Shown piece by piece: positions 47,829 to 58,420 of a stretch of 64,000 nucleotides of DNA. Location of the stretch: sequence record PQ471516.1; one strand, given 5' to 3'. The position numbers were made by a program, and so were the translations under genes. Under the pieces are notes generated by a model. That model was not told the origin of the DNA. It made no database searches and was given only the letters and a program-made list of their open reading frames with translations. The stretch's first letter is position 1. Each line of letters begins with the position of its first letter.

Positions 47829-49019
47829 TTATAACTGTCTCGGTGTATCCAGTACATATCTAGTTGTGCTAGGACCACCATCATCATAAGTTCCGGTTGA
47901 ATATATATTTTTCATATCAGCAGTTAGGAAAGTACGATACGAACCGCGATATATTTTTATTTTATCATACATAGAATATGTTATTTCTGACGGCAATGGA
48001 CATGCAGTAAATTTACCAATGGTAACATTAGAACCAACACCTAATGTACCAGCATAACCACTCGCATTTAAACCAGTTGCATATACACCATTACTCGTAA
48101 CTAGTATACTAGATTGTGCTACATATCCAGTATGGATTGAATAATAAGTTCCTGATGGTAATGTAGTACTATTATTCCCTAATACTGCTAGTGCTGTACT
48201 ATTCGTGGTGTTATTACCCCATGCCCCATTATTAGCGTTACCACCTACTAGGAACTGACGTGCTCCTGTACTTGGATTCTCTACTAAAGCACTGACAGCA
48301 CCAATTGAACAACCAGTATATTGTAATGTTTTTGTATATGTGGTACTTGGCTTATACAAAGTATATTCATTAAATGGTGTCCATGTGGTACTAGTACTTA
48401 TACCAGATGTACTACCACCAATATATAAATTATTTTGTGTATCAAAAAACATTACACAGTAATTTGTTGACTGTATTTGTGCAATATCTACATCTGGTGT
48501 TACCGCTTTAACAAATGAACCATCTGATATTTGATAAGTAGTTCCTGTACCATCTGCGAATTGTCTAGCACTATTCCACCCTGTACTCCATATTGTATTA
48601 TTATCCATTAAGAAAGTAAACCACGTAGTACCTGCATACATCTGTTTAATTGAAGTACTTGAACTTTGTGTGTACAAATTTTCAATATATTGGTTATAAC
48701 TTAAAAATGATGTAGTACTAGTTTCTAAACCAATATGACTACCATATCCACAATAAAAATAATTTAAGTTCTTATCTTGAACTAACAAAGTTCCTTGGGT
48801 CATCCAGCAATCTTTGACATTTTCTCTAATTAATGTCCACGACCTTACTGCATTATTATTTCCTCTACCAAACTTCCCAAAACTATTACTGCCTCGTGCG
48901 TATAGTTGACCGTCGGTATAAAGTACAACAACCTCAGTATCAGTTGGTATTATTTTCTTAATTTGAAGAGGTTCAGGTGTGATATTCCCATAATCAAACA
49001 ATCTAACAAAAGGTAACAT
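47829..49019 (-). CDS. beta-propeller, array gene 5
   Basis: GSNSFGKFGRG, TIWSTGWN. Confidence 0.85.
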   Translation of the reverse strand: MLPFVRLFDYGNITPEPLQIKKIIPTDTEVVVLYTDGQLYARGSNSFGKFGRGNNNAVRSWTLIRENVKDCWMTQGTLLVQDKNLNYFYCGYGSHIGLETSTTSFLSYNQYIENLYTQSSSTSIKQMYAGTTWFTFLMDNNTIWSTGWNSARQFADGTGTTYQISDGSFVKAVTPDVDIAQIQSTNYCVMFFDTQNNLYIGGSTSGISTSTTWTPFNEYTLYKPSTTYTKTLQYTGCSIGAVSALVENPSTGARQFLVGGNANNGAWGNNTTNSTALAVLGNNSTTLPSGTYYSIHTGYVAQSSILVTSNGVYATGLNASGYAGTLGVGSNVTIGKFTACPLPSEITYSMYDKIKIYRGSYRTFLTADMKNIYSTGTYDDGGPSTTRYVLDTPRQL

Positions 49020-49029
49020 ATTTCTCTCC

Positions 49030-50160
49030 TTAATTTAGTAATGCCCCTGGCAAATCCACTTTGACGAATTGTGCATATGCTGAGGAATTTTGATCAAAGT
49101 TTGGTCCCAATCCATAAAATGAGCTAATGCCGTCTTCATTTGTGTATATGATATAAACGTTCTTTACATCATTTCCGCATATAAATCGAATGTCTTTCGT
49201 TTGTGTTCCCGCTGGAACATTACGAAGGTTAACAACGCCATTACTTGCATTGTTATCAGCCGACGCAATTGGTAATTGATTTTGATCATATTGACCACGC
49301 ATATTTTTTGCATCTAAACCAAACACAGTATTTGATACCGCACCAACTTTCAAAAATGAACCAAAACTATTATTGAATGACTTTGGAAATTTACCACTAT
49401 AAACACTTCTCCCATCTGATAATACCGCTGAACTGAATGCCCCGCTATTCGATATGGCAAATTCATTGTAAGGAAGTGTACCCATTTTGGTATATACAGA
49501 ATATGAATTAGTGGAAGTATTATCAATAATCTTATTACCATTATATCCAATACCATACTGGTATCCGTCTGCATCTTGAACTATACACAAAGGACCACTT
49601 GGGGTTTGTGTCAACGAAACAACACGTTCAACTTGTATATCACCAAATGTATTTCTTCGCCATGTTCTATCTATTATAGTACTAGTATTACCCAAAGATA
49701 ATGCCACACTATATAATAGATTGTTTTCAGTAAAAATGGCAACATAATATGCGTGGTTAATAACTTGCTTCATCCCAGCATCAATAACTTCCTGTGGAAT
49801 ATGATCAGTAACATCCAACCAATCAAGGTTAGATGATGCAATATCTGGAGTACTGAATTTGTCAAATCTAGTTGAGCCACAAACTAGCACTCTATCATCA
49901 TTTGTCAAAGCCACTGTGCTAGTCTGCATATTAGAACTGAATGATTTAACATTACTAATGTTAGACTTGTACCAACCCTTATCAGCAGCACCCACCGTGA
50001 ATCCGGTTCCCATTGATCCACTTGTACTTGTACCATAAGCCCACATCTCACCACTATATGTTAGTGCCATACAGTGGCTTCCATTTGCTTGGAAATCCTT
50101 TATACCAGTGGGAGCAACCACTGTATTCCCATAATCAAACATTCTAACAAAAGGTAACAT
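49030..50160 (-). CDS. beta-propeller, array gene 6
   Basis: Start moved to MLPFVRMFDYGN. Confidence 0.85.
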   Translation of the reverse strand: MLPFVRMFDYGNTVVAPTGIKDFQANGSHCMALTYSGEMWAYGTSTSGSMGTGFTVGAADKGWYKSNISNVKSFSSNMQTSTVALTNDDRVLVCGSTRFDKFSTPDIASSNLDWLDVTDHIPQEVIDAGMKQVINHAYYVAIFTENNLLYSVALSLGNTSTIIDRTWRRNTFGDIQVERVVSLTQTPSGPLCIVQDADGYQYGIGYNGNKIIDNTSTNSYSVYTKMGTLPYNEFAISNSGAFSSAVLSDGRSVYSGKFPKSFNNSFGSFLKVGAVSNTVFGLDAKNMRGQYDQNQLPIASADNNASNGVVNLRNVPAGTQTKDIRFICGNDVKNVYIIYTNEDGISSFYGLGPNFDQNSSAYAQFVKVDLPGALLN

Positions 50161-50235
50161 AACTAAAATCTCCATATAATAATTATAATGTATTTACAAA
50201 AAAATACCAGCACATATTTCAGTACTGGTATAATG
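50161..50235 (-). promoter_or_regulatory. variant array spacer (terminator + TAAATACATTATAAT + GGAG)
   Basis: TACCAG...CTGGTA-T7 hairpin; same promoter shape. Confidence 0.75.
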
Positions 50236-51417
50236 TTATGGTAAAATAATAGCTTGTAACGAACTCATACCCAATGTTGGAACACTCGCCTGTGGTGCTG
50301 GTGCATTCACTTTTGGTGATGAAACCGCATAAGTCATTCCTGTACCCAAATCTGGATCAAAAACTACAGCACAATAATTCCCACTATATATAAGTCCATT
50401 CTTGTATCCTTGTGCACTTTGAATGCATTTCGTGAACGTACCAATATCTGTAGTGGCATTTATTAAGTTCCTCCCACGATAACCGCAGGTGTATATGAAA
50501 TTATCATCGCCTATGTACATACTAGAATCCCCAGAAGAACTACATAGATACGACATATAAGCACGCATGTTTTTAGGAGCAACTGACAATGTACCTGCAT
50601 AGAATTTATTATTCGAACCCGTAATATCACCATCACCCAATGCACCAAAACTTCCCCAGCCAGTACCGTAATATCTCTTATCACTCAAAAATATAATACA
50701 GTTGTTATTACACATCTTGATTTGATATATCAATGAAGGATCAACCCCAGGGAATGATTCAGTGTATGTTAGAACAGCCAGATCAGTACTAGCATTACAT
50801 TGATGATATGTATTAGTACCAGCAGACAATATTGTACCATCAACTAATAGAATCCTCGAAGTGCCAGTACCAGCAATACAAGCAACAGCATTACCTGCAC
50901 TTCCGGTGTATATTTGTCTGAAAGTAAAGAAACCAACAGTCTTACTCCCCTGTCCACTCCAACCAGTATTATCAACACCACATGCCCATACTGAACCATC
51001 TTGCATGATCATCATTACACCATAACGTTCTATTGAAATATAGACAATCTTCGTAGTATCAACTGCACTAAATCTAGAAGTTATATCAGTCCAAACCTTT
51101 ACACTCACCGCCGTCGCACCGAAAGTAGGATCTTCCCCTGCTATCATTATCCTACCATTGTTAGTCAGATACATTGTCTGACTATAACCAGTACTACAAA
51201 ACTTAACACTATCAGTCTCTGGAACTTTTAACCACTCGTTGTAACGTGTTACGTTAGTGTTATTACCTAACTGATAATAGTTATTCATCCCAGATACATA
51301 TAACACACCATCCTTTATTAAACTATAAGTCGCACTATAGTCACTACAGGTATAACGTGTACCCACAGGTCGCTCAACGACGTTCCCATAATCAAACATT
51401 CTAACAAAAGGTAACAT
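50236..51417 (-). CDS. beta-propeller, array gene 7
   Basis: GMNNYYQLG, GTNTYHQC. Confidence 0.85.
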   Translation of the reverse strand: MLPFVRMFDYGNVVERPVGTRYTCSDYSATYSLIKDGVLYVSGMNNYYQLGNNTNVTRYNEWLKVPETDSVKFCSTGYSQTMYLTNNGRIMIAGEDPTFGATAVSVKVWTDITSRFSAVDTTKIVYISIERYGVMMIMQDGSVWACGVDNTGWSGQGSKTVGFFTFRQIYTGSAGNAVACIAGTGTSRILLVDGTILSAGTNTYHQCNASTDLAVLTYTESFPGVDPSLIYQIKMCNNNCIIFLSDKRYYGTGWGSFGALGDGDITGSNNKFYAGTLSVAPKNMRAYMSYLCSSSGDSSMYIGDDNFIYTCGYRGRNLINATTDIGTFTKCIQSAQGYKNGLIYSGNYCAVVFDPDLGTGMTYAVSSPKVNAPAPQASVPTLGMSSLQAIILP

Positions 51418-51489
51418 AATTCCCTCCTTTATTCATTATACTATATTTAATCAAAAAGAAATACCAGTACTCAAGTACTGGCATTGTGT
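51418..51489 (-). repeat. array spacer R4
   Basis: Near-identical to R1. Confidence 0.9.
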
Positions 51490-52668
51490 TTATCTAAAAG
51501 GTACGCACTTTTTGAATTTAAATATATATCCAGTCTCACCTTGTTCAGTGAAGTACCCAGGGTTTCCAGTCCAGTATAAATCCTCACCTATACTAACTAC
51601 CGATACTGAACCATTACCAATTGAACCAAACCACTCAACATGTGATAAGTCAACACTATCATCAAAGAATTCTATTGGTAATATTGAACCATAATTCCCA
51701 GAGACTGCGTTGCGGCCTAAACCAGCACCATTAGAATTATATCCCTTACCATTCGTATTAATAATGTTAGTACTGGATTTTATTGCATTAACATAGGATA
51801 CTGGTGAAAGTTTATCGAATGAATTTGCTGTTATATCGGTATAGGGATTTGTAGTAAATGATGATCTTATGATACCAGTATTTTCAGACCCACCTATAGT
51901 CAACTGTGTGTTCCAACCAGCCGCCATTAAAGACAAAGCAGATGTACTACTTTGAACAATCAAACGTGTTACCCATCGTGTAGCTTGTACTGCAATTACC
52001 TGAGAACTTCCAAGATTCAATGTAGTAAAAGTAGTAATTGGATTATTATCACCTGTTCCTAATTGATAAAAAGTATTCTCACCACAACGATAATATATAC
52101 CATCTTTTATATAGTGAAAGTTTCTGCTCATTTCACTAGATGCAATTGCAGTTACACTAGTGTCAATTAAGAGTGGAGATGTAATTGGTGCAGTTGCTGT
52201 ACCCAATTCACTTGCACCATTCATGCCTATACCATATAACTGACTGTCACTTGTGAGTATTAGCATAGAATTGTTAGTACTGGTTGTAGATGTTATTTTT
52301 ATATCTTTTATAGAACTCGGAGAAATAGATCCAAAATATGATTCACAACGAGTCCATGTTGAAACAGAAGATGATATACCAAAAACTGAGTTAGTCCCAC
52401 TATAGTACAATTCCCCTTGTTTTGTTCTAATTATAGTACAATATAAAGAACTCCAGAAATCATCAACACTATAAGGACATAAAACCCATCTATTAAAAAA
52501 GATGAACCAGTAACTCCCATTTTTGCTGATTGGTTTCCGTCCACGCATATATAATGACCCGTCACTATATAATACGCTTATTGAATTTTCATCACTATTA
52601 ATTTTAACAACAGTATCTTTGACAGGGGCAACATTCCCATAATCAAACAATCTAACAAAAGGTAACAT
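51490..52668 (-). CDS. beta-propeller, array gene 8
   Basis: GMNGASELG, GENTFYQLG. Confidence 0.85.
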   Translation of the reverse strand: MLPFVRLFDYGNVAPVKDTVVKINSDENSISVLYSDGSLYMRGRKPISKNGSYWFIFFNRWVLCPYSVDDFWSSLYCTIIRTKQGELYYSGTNSVFGISSSVSTWTRCESYFGSISPSSIKDIKITSTTSTNNSMLILTSDSQLYGIGMNGASELGTATAPITSPLLIDTSVTAIASSEMSRNFHYIKDGIYYRCGENTFYQLGTGDNNPITTFTTLNLGSSQVIAVQATRWVTRLIVQSSTSALSLMAAGWNTQLTIGGSENTGIIRSSFTTNPYTDITANSFDKLSPVSYVNAIKSSTNIINTNGKGYNSNGAGLGRNAVSGNYGSILPIEFFDDSVDLSHVEWFGSIGNGSVSVVSIGEDLYWTGNPGYFTEQGETGYIFKFKKCVPFR

Positions 52669-52739
52669 ATATTCCTCCTTTATTCATTATACTATATTTA
52701 ATCAAAAAGAAAAGCCAGTACTCAAGTACTGGCATTTTT
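52669..52739 (-). repeat. array spacer R5
   Basis: Near-identical to R1. Confidence 0.9.
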
Positions 52740-53909
52740 TTAAATTGGCGAGTCCAACACAAACTCTAACGTATTTGGACCACCATAAGTCACATATGTA
52801 CCTGAACTATATACGAAATTACCATCAGTAATATAAGTACGATAGTATGATCCAGCCATTTGTGCCTTACTATAATCAAACCCATCAGGTACGATTGCTT
52901 TGGTATATACTAATGCATTCTTAGATGTACCAATACCTAACATACCAGCTTGCGTAGATTGATTGTAGCCGCAACAATATATACCATCTGTTGTAGCAAT
53001 AACTTGGTTATAATATGAAGTATTGTTAGCAATACTTACTACATCACCGGGTGGCATTAGTGAAGCAGTTTGAACCTCAAATGCTCTATAATCACTGAGA
53101 GAACCATTTGTCCCATCTGCTTGTGCACCAAATATTCTCGAACCGCCATTTGCGATGATGGTTTTACCAGTGGGATCAGTACCAATTGCCATTGCCATTG
53201 AAGTACTATTCTCCACATAGTACTTGATATTAATTGTATTTCTTAAGCTGGTAGGAGCACCATAATATATATTATATAACTTACCTCCTGAACTTGTAAC
53301 TGCATTTACTCTTCCTGTATAAAATAGCCATCCTTGGTTTGTAACATAACCGTGCATTAAATTACTTGCAAACAATTTAACAGGTAATTGATTTGCTGCG
53401 GTCGGAACAGTACTTTTGACGAATCTACGAGCAATATTGTTAGTTGTTGTCCCATCACCCAACTGACCATCCGACCCTACTCCAGTACTCCATATTGTTT
53501 GGTCTGATAGTAACACACTTGTAGTCTGATAACTAACGGCTATATCTAATATTGGTAATGTTAATGTATTGAATGTTGGCATAGCAGAAGTCCATATTGA
53601 TACTGCTGCCCCTGGCATACCAACAGTTGTTGAACTTCCACTGTACCATATTTCATTATTGCTTTTCTTAACAACTATCGACGTGGTTCCCATCCAAAAA
53701 TCTTCAACACCAGAAGTACTAAAAGTCCATGTAGTAACAGTATTTTCGTGACCTAAACCCAAAATACCATTTGTATTATCACCACGCACATATAAATCAC
53801 CACTGTTTGTTAAAACAGCAACATTATAGTTGTTAGTAAGTATTTTTTTAATATTTGGTTTAGCAGGTGCAACATTTCCATAATCAAACAATCTCACAAA
53901 AGGTAACAT
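52740..53909 (-). CDS. beta-propeller, array gene 9 (closest to gene 5)
   Basis: Start moved; GDNTNGILG, GSDGQLGDG. Confidence 0.85.
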   Translation of the reverse strand: MLPFVRLFDYGNVAPAKPNIKKILTNNYNVAVLTNSGDLYVRGDNTNGILGLGHENTVTTWTFSTSGVEDFWMGTTSIVVKKSNNEIWYSGSSTTVGMPGAAVSIWTSAMPTFNTLTLPILDIAVSYQTTSVLLSDQTIWSTGVGSDGQLGDGTTTNNIARRFVKSTVPTAANQLPVKLFASNLMHGYVTNQGWLFYTGRVNAVTSSGGKLYNIYYGAPTSLRNTINIKYYVENSTSMAMAIGTDPTGKTIIANGGSRIFGAQADGTNGSLSDYRAFEVQTASLMPPGDVVSIANNTSYYNQVIATTDGIYCCGYNQSTQAGMLGIGTSKNALVYTKAIVPDGFDYSKAQMAGSYYRTYITDGNFVYSSGTYVTYGGPNTLEFVLDSPI

Positions 53910-53978
53910 AATTCCTCCTTTATTCATTATACTATATTTAATCCAAAAGAAAAGCCAGTACTTTGTACTGGCATTATA
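53910..53978 (-). repeat. array spacer R6
   Basis: Loop AAA, otherwise as R1. Confidence 0.9.
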
Positions 53979-55118
53979 TTATTTCCACGGTAGAAGTGAA
54001 TCAGGAACCCTTGTTGGTACAGTAGTTGAAGACATTCCAGTAAGATTGGGTACACCACATGTGTATAAATTATCATATTCATCCACTAACATCGTATAGG
54101 AATAGCTCTTACAAAAACTACTAACATTACGAACTTCTAATGCAGTAAGATCCATTTCAGTGAATGATGTTATATACATATCAGTTGTACCAATACCACA
54201 TTGACCATTTGAATTAAGACCACATGAAAATAACTTATTATTATTTTTAATTATACAGGATGGCCCTGTAAGGTTTGTCCCAAGCTCACCCACCAACTCT
54301 ACTTCGCCTTGGAATGATAAATTTGGAATTAATGTACTCATTGGGGCTACTGACCTATTTCCTGTACCTGCTTGTCCATATTCATTAGTAGATGCAACTT
54401 TAACATTACCATCATTAAGAAATATATAAGAAGTTTCATTTGTATTTACTGCTTTAATTGCATTACTAATTGAAGTATCTTGTGTAAATATGAGCAAGTT
54501 TTGTGTCGTCGTTCCTGATACAAACGTATTACCTGCATACCAATATGAACCATCATTTAGAACTAATCCAGTACTACGTATTGCACAACCAGCACTGATA
54601 ACATTTTCTATTGTACTATAGGTGAATTGTGTAACGCTTGAAGTTGATCCATTTCCAAAAACACCACCAGTGCCAGCACCACAGTAGAACCACTTTCCAT
54701 TTTTTAAAAATACACGCATACACGAAGATATTACAATACTATCAATATCATCTGCACTGACTCCGATATCAGCAAAGTGCTGTGTTACATCAATCCAAAC
54801 ACCGTTAGTGTTTGAAGATATCACCGGAATAACAGTACGTCTACCAGTGTACCAAATAGTACCATCTTTCTTAATAGCAATCGTTCCTTGTACCCCGACC
54901 CAATATCGTACAATATTTGAGTTGACAAGAGTCCATTCAGTTGAAGAATCCAATGAACCATTACCACCTTGACCATATGCTGAAGAACCAAACCAGTATA
55001 GATAGCCATTTGTGTGTAAATAAAATTTGGCATCAGCAGAGCATTGTAACCTATTTTTAGGTAGGATCGGTTCAGGAGCGATATTCCCGTAATCAAACAA
55101 TCTAACAAAAGGTAACAT
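53979..55118 (-). CDS. beta-propeller, array gene 10
   Basis: GSSAYGQGG, GLNSNGQCG. Confidence 0.85.
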   Translation of the reverse strand: MLPFVRLFDYGNIAPEPILPKNRLQCSADAKFYLHTNGYLYWFGSSAYGQGGNGSLDSSTEWTLVNSNIVRYWVGVQGTIAIKKDGTIWYTGRRTVIPVISSNTNGVWIDVTQHFADIGVSADDIDSIVISSCMRVFLKNGKWFYCGAGTGGVFGNGSTSSVTQFTYSTIENVISAGCAIRSTGLVLNDGSYWYAGNTFVSGTTTQNLLIFTQDTSISNAIKAVNTNETSYIFLNDGNVKVASTNEYGQAGTGNRSVAPMSTLIPNLSFQGEVELVGELGTNLTGPSCIIKNNNKLFSCGLNSNGQCGIGTTDMYITSFTEMDLTALEVRNVSSFCKSYSYTMLVDEYDNLYTCGVPNLTGMSSTTVPTRVPDSLLPWK

Positions 55119-55130
55119 ATTTCCTCCTTA

Positions 55131-56027
55131 TTATTTAAAAACATACTGCGTATTAACACGAGTACCATTGTCAAAACCAAGTACGTAAAATATTTCAGCA
55201 CTATTATTAGAACCAAATAATGCACCCGTACTATTACTCAAAGTAGTATTAACTGCTAAGGCAATCCATATGTCTTCTTCTGTATCGTATCTCAATAAAT
55301 TTAATGCACCAAACGATACTGCATATATATGTTTATCATATCTATTGTAAATTATTTTACTAGGGTTAGGACCACCAACCGATGCTATGTTCGACCATAC
55401 CCCACTCTCTATATGATATTTTTGTGCAGTACTAACACCTTGACCCGTAATATATATGTAAGTACCATCCGTACACATATCACCACCTCCAGTGTTATTT
55501 GTACCATCGCTTGTACCTAATGATGACCATGTATTAGTACTAGGAGTATAACTGTATAACGAATTATTAGAAGGAGATCCCCACAAATATAACTTATCCC
55601 CAGCATTAATCATCTTACTATACGCCAGTTGACTAGGCTTCCCAATACTGTTAGTGTTCAGAATCCAGGTATTTGTACTTATATTATATACATAAAAATT
55701 ATTAGAACTATTACCACTACCACCAAACAAATATATTTTTCCCTGATAAGCACATAACGCACTACCAAATGTAGATACAGGTGCATTGGCTAATTGTAGC
55801 CACGTTCTAGTAGTTAAATTAAAACTCCATAACTGATTATCCGTCGTCACCGTATTCTGTATACCACCAAATATATAAGCAGTATTCTTTTCCGCATCAT
55901 ATGTATAACCAAAGTTATTTCGTGCTGAAGGTACGGGTGTTGTAGTAAATGGGGATCGTACTCCACCATTGTTGGCATATGGTGGTACAACATTCCCATA
56001 ATCAAACAATCTCACAAAAGGTAACAT
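55131..56027 (-). CDS. Kelch-repeat beta-propeller, array gene 11 (same N-terminal tag)
   Basis: YIFGG...W and IYLFGG...YNISTNTW Kelch repeats; start moved. Confidence 0.88.
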   Translation of the reverse strand: MLPFVRLFDYGNVVPPYANNGGVRSPFTTTPVPSARNNFGYTYDAEKNTAYIFGGIQNTVTTDNQLWSFNLTTRTWLQLANAPVSTFGSALCAYQGKIYLFGGSGNSSNNFYVYNISTNTWILNTNSIGKPSQLAYSKMINAGDKLYLWGSPSNNSLYSYTPSTNTWSSLGTSDGTNNTGGGDMCTDGTYIYITGQGVSTAQKYHIESGVWSNIASVGGPNPSKIIYNRYDKHIYAVSFGALNLLRYDTEEDIWIALAVNTTLSNSTGALFGSNNSAEIFYVLGFDNGTRVNTQYVFK

Positions 56028-56098
56028 AATTCCTCCTTTATTCATTATACTATATTTACCCCAAAAAGAAATGCCAGTACCTGAGTACTGGCATTATA
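56028..56098 (-). repeat. array spacer R7
   Basis: Near-identical to R1. Confidence 0.9.
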
Positions 56099-57208
56099 TT
56101 ATTTTGGTAAATCAATTTTAGTAAAGACTGCAACATCTGCACTTGCACCTGGTATTGCATAAAATATACCAGTACTATATACATCCCCGTCTTTGGTTAA
56201 TAATGATGTTAATCCGTCACTAAAAGCAACATCACTAATCTCACTAACTTCTACAGGTAATTGTAAATTGGTAGCACTATAGATAGCACCCGTTTGAGAA
56301 TTGTTTAATCCCAAACCACGGTTTGCCCCAATACCTTTCTGATATGCACTGGTTAGTATAATTTGCGTAGCCGTGCTTGTTGCCTCTGAATTTGTCATAA
56401 ACAAAGGTGAATTATTAGGTAAAGTACTTACAGGAACTGCTTTGAATGTAGTTGAATCTGAACTAAGAAAGTTTGGAGTTGTACCACATGTGAAATATGA
56501 TGTAGCATTATAGTAATTGAGTGTATGACCACCAATAGCTGCATCTATTACACCAGAACTACGCAGTCCCCAAATGTTAACTTGTGTTCTGTCCCCTGTG
56601 CCATGTAACCCACGGTCATTCCACCCTGAACTATATAACTTATTATCTAAGGTAATATACATACTATCATTGGAAGTTGACATCACTTTACGCACATTAG
56701 AAGCACATAGTGTTAATGTATATATTGATGAAGAACCAATCCCCAATACACCACGGTATCCATTAGCCCCAGCACCATAGAGTACTGAACTTGAACTGAG
56801 TACAAATATTACACCACCATTGCATACAATATTAGCAATTTGATTCACAGGAATTGTATTTGTAAACCACTCCGTTCTATCAACTAATGTAGTACTGTAA
56901 GAAGTTGTTGTTGATGATGTGAACCAATATGTTTCACCGGATGTCCATATCGTATTGTCATTTTTAATAATAACAAGTGTTCGTCCTCCAGTGAAAAAAT
57001 TAGAAACATCTGCACTTACTAATATCCATGAAGATACCGTGTTTTTATTACCATTTCCAGATTCACCACCTTGATTTCTGCCTATGTAATATAATTCATG
57101 TGAATCAGTCAATACGAATTGACCTTGTGTAGAAGCACCAACTTTAATTATATTTTTAGGACCAGGGGTAATATTCCCATAATCAAACAGTCTTACAAAA
57201 GGTAACAT
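56099..57208 (-). CDS. beta-propeller, array gene 12
   Basis: GRNQGGESG, GWNDRGLHG. Confidence 0.85.
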   Translation of the reverse strand: MLPFVRLFDYGNITPGPKNIIKVGASTQGQFVLTDSHELYYIGRNQGGESGNGNKNTVSSWILVSADVSNFFTGGRTLVIIKNDNTIWTSGETYWFTSSTTTSYSTTLVDRTEWFTNTIPVNQIANIVCNGGVIFVLSSSSVLYGAGANGYRGVLGIGSSSIYTLTLCASNVRKVMSTSNDSMYITLDNKLYSSGWNDRGLHGTGDRTQVNIWGLRSSGVIDAAIGGHTLNYYNATSYFTCGTTPNFLSSDSTTFKAVPVSTLPNNSPLFMTNSEATSTATQIILTSAYQKGIGANRGLGLNNSQTGAIYSATNLQLPVEVSEISDVAFSDGLTSLLTKDGDVYSTGIFYAIPGASADVAVFTKIDLPK

Positions 57209-57217
57209 AATTCCCTC

Positions 57218-58420
57218 CTATTGTTGCCATAACTGCGTTGGCATTAATGTTAGTGTAGTAATACTATAAGTGCCATCAGGCAATCTACCACCATTACCAT
57301 TCCAGCCACCACATGCATATAATTTATAATCTTTAGTAATTATTATGGTTCTGCTCCAATCTTTAGATGCCATAAGAACATTGTCATAACCACCACTTAT
57401 TGCACTAAGATTAAAAATATTCCAGGTTCTAACTAATGTATTAGTTCCATTACCTTCTTGACCATATGAGTTAGCACCACTACTTCTAACATATGATGGG
57501 TATTGTGCCATAGGTGAACCAATTGATGAAGTTCCCATATTACTTGGACAAATAAAATTACTGTACTTACTTACATCAACCGTGACCGATGTGTTCCTAA
57601 TTGGTGTTAGCTGATTTACAGATGTAGTCGTACCATTACCAGCTTCTCCTGTATTGTTAACCCCGCTATAATATACAGGCCCACCAGTAGTAAACCACCA
57701 AGTAACATTGTATGTAGCACTAATATGTTCTACATCACTAATCACATATTTGTTCAAATATATCATAGAACTACCACCACAACCACTTTCACCGAAGTTA
57801 TCCTTACCACAAAACCATGCCTGTTTATTTGATTTAATATAGTGCGTTCCTTGTAATGAACATGCCATATCAATAACTTCACCCATATTAGTCATAACTG
57901 TTAGTGTAGGTATGGAATTTTGATTACCAGACCCACATTCACCATTAGTATTTTTTCCACACGCAATTACTCTATTATCGGTTAATAATATTCTAGTACT
58001 TTCACCTATATATACACTCTTGATCATATTAGCCATGACGCCAATTTTATTAAATGAAGAAGTAACATCAGTCCATGTTCTCAAATAACCACCAACAGGT
58101 GTTGCATCTCCATAATCAGAAAATGCAGCCACCGACCCAGTGTAGTATATTTTATTATCCAAATCAATCATCAATGAACCATGAACACCAAGCCAATAGG
58201 CTGCACAGTTCCTTGCAAGTACTGTAAATGACGAAACTGCTGCTGAATTCCCAAGACCCAATTGAGACAAGTTATTACTACCATAACCATATAAAGTATT
58301 AGTTGGGCTATGTAGATACATACAGTTTGTATAATGTTGTTGTAAAACATTTGAGAACTCTATTGGTTCTGGCCCTGGTGCAATATTCGCGTACTTAACC
58401 ATTCTAGCAAAAGGTAACAT
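57218..58420 (-). CDS. beta-propeller, array gene 13 (MLPFARMVKYAN)
   Basis: GSNNLSQLG, GKNTNGECG; closest to gene 10. Confidence 0.85.
   Translation of the reverse strand: MLPFARMVKYANIAPGPEPIEFSNVLQQHYTNCMYLHSPTNTLYGYGSNNLSQLGLGNSAAVSSFTVLARNCAAYWLGVHGSLMIDLDNKIYYTGSVAAFSDYGDATPVGGYLRTWTDVTSSFNKIGVMANMIKSVYIGESTRILLTDNRVIACGKNTNGECGSGNQNSIPTLTVMTNMGEVIDMACSLQGTHYIKSNKQAWFCGKDNFGESGCGGSSMIYLNKYVISDVEHISATYNVTWWFTTGGPVYYSGVNNTGEAGNGTTTSVNQLTPIRNTSVTVDVSKYSNFICPSNMGTSSIGSPMAQYPSYVRSSGANSYGQEGNGTNTLVRTWNIFNLSAISGGYDNVLMASKDWSRTIIITKDYKLYACGGWNGNGGRLPDGTYSITTLTLMPTQLWQQ

Noticed and set aside
43930-56098. CRISPR array or integron attC sites
   Set aside because: Repeats are 1.1-2.4 kb apart and separated by whole genes. 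They consist of terminator, promoter and SD, lack GTTRRRY/RYYYAAC cores, and there is no cas or integrase gene in the window.
42724-58420. Diversity-generating retroelement or invertase shufflon acting on the array
   Set aside because: No reverse transcriptase, no TR/VR pair with adenine-specific differences, no recombinase, and all cassettes are co-oriented.
42724-58420. Annotation as true chromosome-condensation (RCC1) or DNA-condensation proteins
   Set aside because: Only the propeller repeat pattern is shared; nothing in the sequence supports GEF or chromatin function.
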